NCBI GenBank assembly: GCA_965219685.1
Contig: CBDCOH010000002.1
Coordinates: forward strand, 160,001 to 224,000
Source of the DNA: Candidatus Spongiisociaceae bacterium
Lineage (GTDB): Bacteria > Actinomycetota > Acidimicrobiia > Spongiisociales > Spongiisociaceae
Length of the DNA stretch: 64,000 bases
Direction of reading: 5' to 3'
Shown: positions 27,301 to 40,366 of the stretch, piece after piece
Numbering within the stretch: the stretch's first letter is position 1
Layout: each line of letters opens with the position of its first letter
Notes under the pieces: generated by a model
Databases searched by the model: none
What the model saw: the letters and a program-made list of their open reading frames with translations, nothing else
What the model was told of the DNA's origin: nothing
Program-made: the position numbers and the translations under genes

Positions 27301-30300
27301 AGTATCACTCTTGAGGACGACGACGAGGCAGAGCTGTCGATCAGCGGACCGTCCGGCAACGTGGCTGAAGGTTCCAACGCCGGCTTCACGGTGACTCTGT
27401 CGGCGACGGTGGCGAAACAGGTGGAGGTGGCGTGGTCGGCCACCCTAGGAACCGCAGAGGCGGCTGACTTCTCGCCTGCTTCGGGTTCGGTCACGTTCCC
27501 GGCGGGGTCGGCCGCTGACGCTACCCGCACCTTCAGTGCGGCTGTTACCGAAGACAAACTCTCCGAGGGGACGGAGACGTTCACCGTGACGTTGGGGACG
27601 ATCACATCTGATGTCTCCTCGCGCGTGTCGGTGAAGTCGGGTTCGGGGTCGGTGACCACGACGATCGCGGAGTCGGATCCGATAACGATCTCGCTTTCTG
27701 GTCCCAGCAGCGTGGCGGAGGGTGATACGACCACCAACTACACGGTGTCGTTGTCGCCGTCGGATGTGACCCCGACTGCTGATCTGACGGTTGACTATGC
27801 GACGGCGGCCGGCACGGCCACGGCCGGGGATGACTACACGACCAAGTCGGGCAAGTTGACGTTCACGGCTTCTGACACGGCTGACAAGACGATCACCGTG
27901 GCCACTGTCGAGGACACCCTCGACGAGGCGGGTGAGACGTTCACGTTGGCGATCTCGAATCCGCAGGGTGGTGGCGGTCCTGCGGCGTCGCTGAAGAGTA
28001 CCGCCAAGTCGGTCACGACCACGATTGGTGATGACGATGCCACTCCGTCGAGTATTACTTTGTCGGTCGATCCGGACAGTTTGGGTGAGGGTGACTCGGC
28101 CACGGATGTGACGGTGACCGCCACGTTGGACGGTTCGTCGACGCTCGCGACGGCGACGACGGTCACCATCAGCCTGGGCGGGACCGCCGGTTCTTCGGAC
28201 TATGGGGTGTCGTCGTTGGCGAGCGTGTCGATCCCTGCCGGCCAAGCGTCGGGTTCGGGGACGTTGAGGGTGACGCCGACCGATGATGCGGTGGTGGAGG
28301 GTGATGAGACGATCACGGTCAGTGGTTCGGCCACCGGGTTGACTGTCAGTGGGGCGACGATCACGCTGGAGGATGATGACACGGCGGAGTTGTCGATTAG
28401 CGGGCCGTCGTCGAATGTGGCTGAGGGGACCAAAGCGTCCCATACGGTGACTCTGTCCAAGGCGGTAGCCAAGCAGGTGAAGGTGGCGTGGTCGGTCACC
28501 CTGGGCACCGCAGAGGCCGCTGACTTCTCGCCTGCTTCGGGAACGGTGACGTTCTCGGCGGGGTCGGCCGCCGGGGCCACCAAGAGTTTCGATGTGGCAG
28601 TCGCCGATGATGATCTGTCCGAGGGGACGGAGACGTTTACGGTGGCGTTGGGGACGATTACGTCTGATGTCTCGTCGGAGGTGTCGGTGAAGTCGGGTTC
28701 GGGTTCGGTGACGACGACGATCGCGGAGTCGGATCCGATCACGATCTCGCTTTCTGGTCCCAGCAGCGTGGCGGAGGGTGATACGACCACCAACTACACG
28801 GTGTCTTTGTCGCCGTCGGATGTGATTCCAACCGCTGATCTGACGGTCGACTATGCGACGGCGGCCGGCACGGCCACCGCGGGCGATGACTACACGACCA
28901 AGTCGGGCACGTTGACGTTCACGGCTTCTGATACGGCTGACAAGACGATCACCGTGGCCACGGTTGAGGACTCTTTGGATGAGTCGGGTGAGACGTTCAC
29001 GTTGGTGATCTCGGATCCGAAGGGTGGTGGGGGTCCTGCGGCGTCGTTGAGTAGTACGGCCAAGTCGGTGACCACCACGATTGGTGATGACGACGCCACT
29101 CCGTCGAGTATTACTTTGTCGGTCGATCCGGACAGTTTGGGTGAGGGTGACTCTGCCACCGGGGTGGCGGTGAAGGCCACGTTGGACGGGGGTAGCACGC
29201 TCACGTCGGCGACGTCGGTGACTGTCAGCTTGGGTGGGACAGCCGGTTCTTCGGATTACGGGGTGTCGTCGTTGGCGAGTGTGTCGATCCCGGCCGGTGA
29301 GGCGTCGGGTTCGGGGACGTTGACCGCGACACCGACTGATGATGCGGTGGTGGAGGGTGATGAGACGATCGTGGTGGATGGTTCGGTCACCGGGCTCACG
29401 GTTTCGGACGCCACTATCACGCTGGAGGATGATGACACGGCGGAGTTGTCGATCAGCGGACCGTCGGCGAATGTGGCTGAGGGGACCAAGGCGTCCTATA
29501 CGGTGACGCTGTCCGGGGCGGTGGCCAAGCAGGTGAAGGTGGCGTGGTCGGCCACCCTGGGAACCGCGGAGGCGGCTGATTTCTCGCCCGCTTCGGGTTC
29601 GGTGACGTTCGCGGCGGGTTCGGCCGCCGGCGCCACTCAGAGTTTCGATGTGGCAGTCGCCGATGATGATCTCTCCGAGGGCACTGAGACGTTCACTGTA
29701 AAGCTGGGGACGATCACCTCTGATATCTCCTCAGCCCTATCGGTGAAGTCAGGATCGGGTTCGGCCACGACGACGATCGCGGCGTCGGACCCGATCACTG
29801 TCAGTCTGTCGGGACCGTCCACGGTGACCGAGGGTGACACCACCACCAGTTATACGGTGTCGTTGTCGCCGTCGGGTGTGGCCCCCACCGCCGACCTGAC
29901 GGTTGATTATGGGACTTCGGATGGGTCGGCGGCTGCGGGGGACGATTACACCTCCAAGTCGGGCACGTTGAAGTTCACTGCTTCTGATACGGCGGGCAAG
30001 ACGGTGACCGTGTCGACGGTTGAGGACACCCTCGACGAGTCGGGTGAGACGTTTACGCTGGTGATCTCGGATCCGAAGGGTGGTGGGGGTCCTGCGGCGT
30101 CGCTGAAGAGTACGGCCAAGTCGGTGACCACCACCATCGCAGACGATGACGGCACCCCGTCGAGTATTACTTTGTCGGTCGATCCCGACAGTCTGGATGA
30201 GGATGATTCGGCTACCGGGGTGACGGTGACCGCCACGTTGGACGGTGATAGCACGCTAACGTCGGCGACGAGGGTGACTATCAGCCTGGGTGGGACTGCC

Positions 30301-33300
30301 GGTTCTTCGGATTATGGGGTGTCGTCGTTGGCGAGCGTCACGATCCCCGCCGGTGAGGCGTCGGGTTCGGGGACGCTGACAGTCACGCCGACCGATGATG
30401 CGGTGGTGGAGGGAGACGAGACGATCGTGGTGTCGGGTTCGGTCAGCGGGTTCACGGTGACCGGGGCGACTATCACTCTTGAGGATGACGACACGGCTGA
30501 GTTGTCGATCAGCGGACCCTCGTCGAATGTGGCCGAGGGGAGCGACGCGTCCTATACGGTCACTCTGTCCAAGGCGGTAGCCAAGCAGGTGAAGGTAGCT
30601 TGGTCGGCCACCCTAGGAACCGCAGAGGCGGCTGACTTCTCGCCTGCTTCAGGAACGGCGACGTTCGCGGCGGGTTCGGCCGCCGGGGCTACCCAGAGTT
30701 TCGATGTGGCAGTCGCCGATGATGATCTGTCCGAGGGGACGGAGACGTTCACCGTGACGTTGGGGACGATCACCTCCGATATCTCGTCAGAAGTTTCGGT
30801 GAAGTCAGGATCAGGGTCGGTGACCACCACGATCGCGGAGTCGGATCCGATCACGATCTCGCTGTCAGGTCCCAGCAGCGTGACGGAGGGTGACACGACT
30901 ACCAACTACACGGTCTCGCTATCGCCGTCGGATGTGACCCCCACCGCTGACCTGACCGTCGACTACGCGACGGCGGCCGGCACGGCCACTGCGGGCGACG
31001 ACTACACCAGCAAGTCGGGCACGCTGACGTTCACTGCTTCTGATACGGCTGACAAGACGTTCACCGTGGCGACTCTCGAGGACACTATGGATGAGGCGGG
31101 GGAGACGTTCACGTTGGCGATCTCTAATCCGGAGGGTGGTGGTGGCCCCGCGGCGTCCCTGAAGAGCACGGCCAAGTCGGTGACCACCACCATCGACGAC
31201 GACGACGATACGCCGGAGAGTGTGACGTTGACCGTCGCTCCGAATTCGATCAGCGAGCAGGATTCGGCTACCGAAGTGTCGGTGGCTGCGGACTTGAATG
31301 GGGACAGCACGCTCACCTCGGACACGGTTGTGACCATCTCTTTGGGCGGTACGGCGGGTTCATCGGATTACACGGTGACGTCGGCGTTGACCAACGTGAC
31401 GATCTCCGCCGGGGACACCTCTGGCTCGGGGACGCTGACGATCACCCCAACTAAGGACGCCAAAGTGGAAGGCGACGAGACCATCACGGTGGGTGGCTCG
31501 GCCGCAGGGTTGACTGTCAGCGGGGCGACCATCACCCTGCGCGATCACGATTCCAAGCGCAAGCAGTCGACAGCGGAGCTGAGCATTTCGGGACCCTCGG
31601 CGAATGTGGTCGAGGGTTCCAATGCCGGGTTTACGGTGACTCTGTCGGCGTCCGTGGCAAAGCAGGTCAAGGTGGCATGGTCGGCCACCCTAGGCACCGC
31701 GGAGGCGGCTGATTTCTCGCCTGCTTCAGGAACGGTCACGTTCGCGGCCGATTCCGCGGCCGGCGCCACCCAGAGTTTCAATGTGGCTATAGCCGACGAT
31801 GATCTCTCCGAGGGGACGGAGACGTTCACCGTGACATTGGGGACGATCACGTCTGACCTCTCTTCGCAGGTGTCGGTGAAGTCAGGATCAGGGTCGGCGA
31901 CGACCACGATCGCGGCGTCGGATCCGATCACCATCTCCCTTACCGGGCCGTCCGATGTGGACGAGGGCGACACCACTACCAGCTACACGGTGTCGTTGTC
32001 GCCGTCGGGTGTGACCCCCACCGCCGACCTGACGGTTGCCTATGGGACCTCGAATGGGTCGGCCACGGCTGGGGCTGACTACACCAGCAAGTCGGGCACG
32101 CTGACGTTCACCTCCTCTGATACGGCTGACAAGACGTTCACCGTGGCCACGCTTGAGGACACTTTGGATGAGGCGGGGGAGACGTTCACGTTGGCGATCT
32201 CTGACCCGAAAGGCGGTGGGGGTCCTGCGGCGTCGCTGAAGAGTACGGCCAAGTCGGTGACCACCACCATCGACGATGACGACGCCACCCCCACCGCTAT
32301 CACTTTGTCGGTCGATCCCGACAGTTTGGACGAGGGTGACTCGGCCACGGATGTGACGGTGACCGCGACCCTGGACGGGGACAGCACGCTCACCTCGGCG
32401 ACGACGGTGACTATCAGCCTGGGCGGGACAGCTGTTTCTTCGGATTATGGGGTGTCGTCGTTGGCGAGCGTCACGATCCCTGCCGGTCAGTCGTCGGGGT
32501 CGGGGACGTTGACCGTCACGCCGAAGGATGATGCGGTGGTGGAAGGTGACGAGACGATCGTGGTGTCGGGTTCGGTCACCGGGTTCACCGTCAGTGGGGC
32601 CACGATCACCCTCGAGGATGACGACACGGCGGACTTGTCGATCAGCGGACCGTCGTCGAACGTGGCGGAGGGGAACAGCGCCACCTACACGGTCACGCTC
32701 TCCAAGGCGGTGGCCAAACAGGTGAAGGTGGCGTGGTCGGCCACCGACGGCACCGCGTCGTCCTCCGATTACACGGCCACGCCGTCCGCAATCACGTTTG
32801 CGGCCGGTTCGGCGGCGGGTGCTACGCGCACGTTTACGGTGGCTGTGCCGGACGATGATCTGTCCGAGGGCACCGAGACGTTCACCGTGAAGTTGGGGAA
32901 GATCACCTCCGGTATCTCGTCACGGGTGTCGTTGAAGTCGGGATCAGGGTCGACGACCACCACGATCGCGGCGTCGGATCCTATCACCATCAGTGTGTCG
33001 GGTCCGTCCACGGTGGCGGAGGGTGACACCACCGGTAACTTCACGGTGTCGCTGTCTCCGTCGGGTGTGACCCCCACGGCTGATCTGACGGTTGACTATG
33101 CGACGGCGGATGGCACGGCCGCCGTCGGGGATGATTACACGTCCAAGTCGGGGACGTTGACGTTCACCGGTACGGATGCGGCGGATCAGACGGTCAAGGT
33201 GGCCACGATCGAGGACAACCTGGACGAGCCCGAGGAAACGTTCACGTTCGCGATCTCGAGTCCGCAGGGTGGTGGCGGTCCTGCGGCGTCGCTGAGCAGC

Positions 33301-34398
33301 ACGGCCAAGTCGGTGACCACCACCATCACCGACGACGACGGCACGCCTACCAGCATTACTCTGTCGGTCGATGCGGACAGTGTCGAGGAGAGCGACTCGG
33401 CCACCGACATCACGGTCACTGCCACCCTGGATGGGGACAGCACCCTCACGTCGGCCACGACGGTGACCATCAGTTTGGGTGGTTCGGCTGGCTCGTCGGA
33501 CTACACCGCGTCGGCTCTGGCGAGCGTTCAGATCTCCGCCGGCCAAGCATCGGGTACCGGGACGCTGCGGGTGACCCCGACCAACGATACGGTTGTGGAG
33601 GGTGACGAGACGATCACGGTGGGTGGGTCGGCTTCCGGCTTCACGGTCACGGCTGCCTCCATCACAATCTCCGATGATGACACTGCGGAGCTGCAAATCA
33701 GCGGCCCGGCGGCGAGTGTGGCGGAGGGGAGCAGCGCGACCAATACGGTCACACTATCCAACGCGGTCGCCAAGCAAGTAAAGGTGGCCTGGTCTGCTAC
33801 CGCAGGTACCGCGTCGTCCTCCGACTTCGCGCCTGCTTCGGGTTCGGTGACGTTCGCGGCTGGATCCGCGGCGGGTTCCTCGGAGACGTTCACGGTTACC
33901 GCGATCGATGACGAACTCTCCGAGGGTGCCGAGACGTTCTCGGTTGCTCTCGGCACGGTGCGGGGTGATCTTGCCAGCCGGGTGTCGGTGAAGTCCGGCG
34001 CCGGGTCGGTGACCACGACTATCGCCGAGTCGGACCCGATCACCATCTCGCTGTCTGGTCCGTCCACGGTGGCGGAGGGTGACACCACCGGCGACTACAC
34101 GGTGTCGCTGTCGCCGTTGGGCGTGACCCCCACCGATGAACTGACGGTTGAATATGCGACGTCGGACGGCACGGCGGCTGCCGGCGAAGACTACACGGCT
34201 GCTTCGGGAACGGTGAGGTTCACGGCTTCTGACACGGCGCCCAAGACGGTGACCGTGGCGACCATCGAGGATGCGCTGGAAGAACCGGACGAGGACTTCG
34301 CGTTCGCGATCTCCAGCCCACAGGGCGGCGGTGGCCCCACCCCCGAACTGAGCGGTGCGGCCTCCGTGACCACCACCATCACCGACGACGACGGGGTG
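15376..34398 (+). repeat. 18 tandem intragenic repeats of ~1056 bp (352 aa, three Calx-beta-like domains each)
   Basis: Homologous positions recur at 16221, 17274, 18330, 19386 … 31002, 32079 and 34191. Period is 1056, with one -3 and one +21 bp unit and a last unit 1 aa short. Recurrent motifs: PSSITLSVDP, DDAVVEGDETI, AELSISGP, SDPITISLSGP, GGGGPA.SL.STAKSVTTTI.DDD. Confidence 0.95.
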
Positions 34399-34461
34399 CC
34401 AATCGAGATCGTGTTGTCCCCGAAGCCCGAGAGGCCGGACCCACCCCGTTCCGATCCTCCT

Positions 34462-35630
34462 CTGGTTGTGCTTTCGGTGAGTCCGGATCGTTTGAGTGAG
34501 GATGATCCTCCTGTTGTGGTGACTGTTACTGCTGCCTTTAGCGGTGATTACGAGCCGGCGGGTGATGTCGTTGTCGAGCTTGCGCTGGCCGGTTCGGCTG
34601 TCGCGTCCGGGACGGTCACCGCTTCCAGGGCGGCTACTCCTATTGTCGATTACACGGCTGTCTTGGCTGAGGTGGTGATTCCGGCGGGTGAGCGGAGCGG
34701 GTCGGCGACGATAACGATTGCTCCGGTGAGTGATGGTGTTCTCGAGGACGATGAGACGATCGTCGTTGAGGGCAATACCGGCAATGGTTTGTCGGTGACG
34801 CCTGCCAGTATCACGCTCAGCGACTTTTCAGCGGATCCGGAGGATGAGGAGGATCCTGATCCGGAGGAGGAGGGTGATCCTGGCCTGGTTGTGCTTTCGG
34901 TGAGTCCGGATCGTTTGAGTGAGGATGATCCTCCTGTTGTGGTGACTGTTACTGCTGCCTTTAGCGGTGATTACGAGCCGGTGGGTGATGTCGTTGTTGA
35001 GATTGCGTTGGCGGGTTCGGCTGCACCTGGTGTCGATTACACGGCTGTCTTGGCTGAGGTGGTGATTCCGGCGGGTGAGCGGAGCGGGTCGGCGACGATA
35101 ACGATTGCTCCGGTGAGTGATGGTGTTCTCGAGGACGATGAGACGATCGTCGTTGAGGGCGATACCGGCAATGGCCTGTCGGTGACGTCCACCAGTATCA
35201 CGCTCGCCGACTATTCAACCGATCCTGAGGACGACGAGGATCCTGATCCGGAGGACGAGGAGGATCCTGATCCGGAGGAGGAGGGTGATCCTGGCCTGGT
35301 TGTGCTTTCGGTGAGTCCGGATCGTTTGAGTGAGGATGATCCTCCTGTTGTGGTGACTGTTACTGCTGCCTTTAGCGGTGATTACGAGCCGGTGGGTGAT
35401 GTCGTTGTTGAGATTGCGTTGGCGGGTTCGGCTGCACCTGGTGTCGATTACACGGCTGATTTGGTCGAGGTGGTGATTCCGGCGGGTGAGCGGAGCGGGT
35501 CGGCGACGATAACGATTGCTCCGGTGAGTGATGGTGTTCTCGAGGACGATGAGACGATCGTCGTTGAGGGCGAGACCGGTAATGGTCTGTCGGTGACGCC
35601 TGCCAGTATCACGCTCAGCGACTATTCAGC
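34462..35630 (+). repeat. 3 near-identical Calx-beta-like domains separated by acidic DPEDEE linkers
   Basis: CTGGTTGTGCTTTCGGTGAGTCCGGATCG starts at 34462, 34885 and 35296 (LVVLSVSPDRLSEDDPP…). Confidence 0.9.
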
Positions 35631-35870
35631 CGATCCGGAGGATGAGGACAATCCTGATCCGGAGGACGATCCTGACCCTGATCCTGAGGAGGATCCTGAG
35701 TCCGAGGACGATCCTGACCCTGATCCTGAGGAGGATCCTGAGTCCGAGGAGGAGCCCGAGCCCAAGCCTGAGGACGATCCCGACTCCGAGGACGATCCCG
35801 AGGCCGCGCAGGAAGAGGTGCCTGAGCCTGAGGAGGAGTCTGAGCCCAGTGCCGAGCCCGAGCCTGCGCC
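35630..35870 (+). repeat. Low-complexity Asp/Glu/Pro spacer (DPDPEE repeats)
   Basis: GATCCTGAG/GAGGAC-type repeats encoding DPEDDPDPDPEEDPESE…. Confidence 0.85.
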
Positions 35871-36372
35871 CGTTGCAAACGAGACCGAAACGGTGACCGA
35901 CGGCGCGGTACCGGAGTCCACCGGCGACACCCCACCAACGCCGACCACCCAGACAACAAGCCAGCCGGTCACGCCCACCGTGGACAGCCCGGCTCCTATC
36001 TTCGTGATCCCGCTACTACTCCTCCTGCTACTGCTTCTCCTGGCAATAGAAATCTGGCGACGCACAAGGCGCCGGAGAAAGGAGAGCGCCGGCCGGCCTG
36101 AAGACGCCAGTTGAAGTCCCCCGATGGGCCGGACACTCCGCCGAGGAGCACTTCCGGGCGACCGTTGGCCCGATCTTGATCGTGTCCGCGAGTCGGATGG
36201 TCTGGGGGTGGATGTACACGCGGCGACGTGGGAACCGACCGACGGCCCGTACCCGCGTCGAGGCCAGCTTTGAGCAACGGGATGGTGCGGGTGCTTGACC
36301 CGCCCGCCATGTGGATACGGCGGGGGATGGCGGGTTGTGGCCGAACCACTCCGGGCAGTTAGCGTGGCCGGG

Positions 36373-38724
<2,352 letters not shown>

Positions 38725-38806
38725 GGCCGCCGGGCTGGGCGACAGCCACCTGTAGCCCGTTCCCTTCTAAGCTCGGGTGGTGGACGGTGAAGCAGTTGAC
38801 CGATCG

Positions 38807-40033
38807 ATGGATGAGCCGGAGACCCACCTCGACGGACTCGATGTCCCCGGGCGACATGCGCGCATCGGCTGGAAGGCTTGGGGTTCGCACCGCGGGCTGC
38901 GGGTGGTGCTGGCATCCGTGGTCGGCGCAGCGGTGGCGACGGTCTTCGGCGTGGTGGCCCTGTGGCCAACCGGGGAGGGGATCGCGTCGGCGACTGCGAG
39001 CGCCGCCGAGATCGGACTCGCCACCGAACGCTTCACCGCCACGGTCCAGGAGATCCGGGACGGTCCCTGCAGCTACTCGAGTGACGACAACCCGGTCCGC
39101 TGCCGCCAGGTCGCGGTAGTGCTCGATGAAGGCCCTGCTCAAGGTTCGGTCGTAGCCCTACCCGAGTTCGACCTTTCGTATGCCATCTCGGTTCCCCCGG
39201 TCACTCTCGACCAGAAGGTCATCCTCGGCTACGAGCCCTCCACGGACTTCTACTTCTACGCGGACACGGACCGCCGGACCCCGCTCGTGTGGCTCAGCGC
39301 CCTGTTCGCGGTGTTCGTGGTGGCGCTGGGGCGCTGGCGCGGAGCGTTCGCCCTGGTGGGCATGGGAGGGACCCTGGCCGTCCTCGTCGCCTTCCTGGCA
39401 CCGTCGGTACTCGACGGGAACGATCCGCTGTTGGTGGCGGTGGTGGCTGCGTCGGCCATTGCCTTCGTGAGCATGTTCCTCGCCCACGGGTTCAACCCGA
39501 TCACAACCGTGGCCCTGGCCGGGACCCTCTCATCGCTCGGCTTGACGCTGGCCTTCTCGTGGGCGTTTTTCGAACTCGCCGACTTCACCGGGCTCGCCAG
39601 CGAGGAGGCCCTGGTCCTGCCGTTCATCGCCGGAGGCCTGGACGTCGCTTCCCTGATCCTGGGAGGGGCGGTCATCGGAGCGCTCGGAGCGCTCGACGAT
39701 GTGGCGGTGACCCAGGCCGCTTTGGTGGCCGAACTCCACTACCGCAACCCCGGCCTGAGGGTGCGCCAGCTGGTCTCGTCCGGGATCCGGGTGGGTCGGG
39801 AACACATCGCCTCCACCGTCAACACCCTTCTGCTGGCCTACGTCGGCGCCGGCATCCCCCTGCTGCTGTTCTTCGCGGTTTCCAACCAGTCGCTGGCGAT
39901 GGTGGCGAACTCCGAGCTGATAGCTGTGGAGTTGGTTCGCACCTTGTGCGGATCGATGGGTCTGGTGGCAGCCGTGCCTGTCACCACCATCCTCGCCGCG
40001 CTCGTCGCCTCGAGCCCCGGAAGGCGACTTTGA
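38807..40033 (+). CDS. YibE/F family membrane protein
   Basis: Multiple TM helices; motifs IGALGALDDVAVTQA, G.RVGREHIASTVNTLLLAY.G and E.VRTLCGS.GLVAAVPVTT. Start uncertain (38777 or 38807). Confidence 0.88.
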   Translation: MDEPETHLDGLDVPGRHARIGWKAWGSHRGLRVVLASVVGAAVATVFGVVALWPTGEGIASATASAAEIGLATERFTATVQEIRDGPCSYSSDDNPVRCRQVAVVLDEGPAQGSVVALPEFDLSYAISVPPVTLDQKVILGYEPSTDFYFYADTDRRTPLVWLSALFAVFVVALGRWRGAFALVGMGGTLAVLVAFLAPSVLDGNDPLLVAVVAASAIAFVSMFLAHGFNPITTVALAGTLSSLGLTLAFSWAFFELADFTGLASEEALVLPFIAGGLDVASLILGGAVIGALGALDDVAVTQAALVAELHYRNPGLRVRQLVSSGIRVGREHIASTVNTLLLAYVGAGIPLLLFFAVSNQSLAMVANSELIAVELVRTLCGSMGLVAAVPVTTILAALVASSPGRRL

Positions 40034-40046
40034 AACCTACCGCCCT

Positions 40047-40366
40047 TGGTTCTTCGTTCACCAGGTTGCTGGTCGCGCCTTCCCGGCTGGATCGGGCCGA
40101 TCAGGAGCCTGCCTGACGGCAATCCATCCGTAGTAACGGCTATGTGGCCGCTGGCTCAATGAGCTGCTCGGAGACCCTAAACCCGCAAGGGTAAAACGAG
40201 AATGGAAGCCGAGTACAACTACTGATAATCGCTATCACGTTTCCGGTCTGGTATGGGGTGATCGCTCTATAGAGGTGAGCGATTGCAACGTCTACCGGGC
40301 CGTATGGAAATAGGGTATAGGGGAGAAGCTGACGTTTTGAGGCAGGCTCTCATCGAATAAGAACCA
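40047..40366 (+). ncRNA. Candidate large structured ncRNA / cis-regulatory leader (unclassified)
   Basis: Nested long-range helices (40047-54/40359-66 and 40105-14/40340-49), at least 7 internal hairpins including a GCAA tetraloop, and possible pseudoknots. No family recognised. Confidence 0.45.

Larger units (their letters stand above)
12332..36114 (+). pseudogene. Giant surface adhesin, 3' part (Calx-beta-like repeats, acidic spacer, C-terminal TM anchor)
   Basis: ORF 12364..36114 (7916 aa) has no signal peptide and is in frame with the 5' part once the IS is removed (…FPAGSL|ATTAVVFTAPIVDDRLSEKAE…). It ends with IFVIPLLLLLLLLLLAIEIW-RRTRRRRK. Confidence 0.9.

Noticed and set aside
33961-33972. 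RGDL integrin-type motif in the last repeat unit
   Set aside because: A single S>R change from the SGDL variant seen in other units; one RGD in >11,000 aa is expected by chance.
12642-34382. Dozens of periodic minus-strand ORFs (60-330 aa) across the giant gene
   Set aside because: Antisense shadows of the repetitive high-GC coding strand; they recur with the 1056-bp period and have no independent protein features.
15376-34398. Long regular repeat array considered as CRISPR or a DGR template/variable pair
   Set aside because: Units are ~1 kb in-frame coding repeats with no spacers, no cas or reverse transcriptase gene in the window, and differences are not adenine-specific.
40155-40325. Weak resemblance to group I intron P/R/S elements (TGAGCTGCTCGGAGACCC; GCAACGTCTA; GGGTATAGG)
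   Set aside because: The P7 G-C pair of the guanosine site cannot form, there is no interrupted host gene, and no splice sites are visible. Left for a covariance-model search.
40100-40350. Retron msr-msd interpretation (inverted repeats enclosing small hairpins plus a long hairpin)
   Set aside because: No reverse transcriptase nearby; the flanking genes are transporters.
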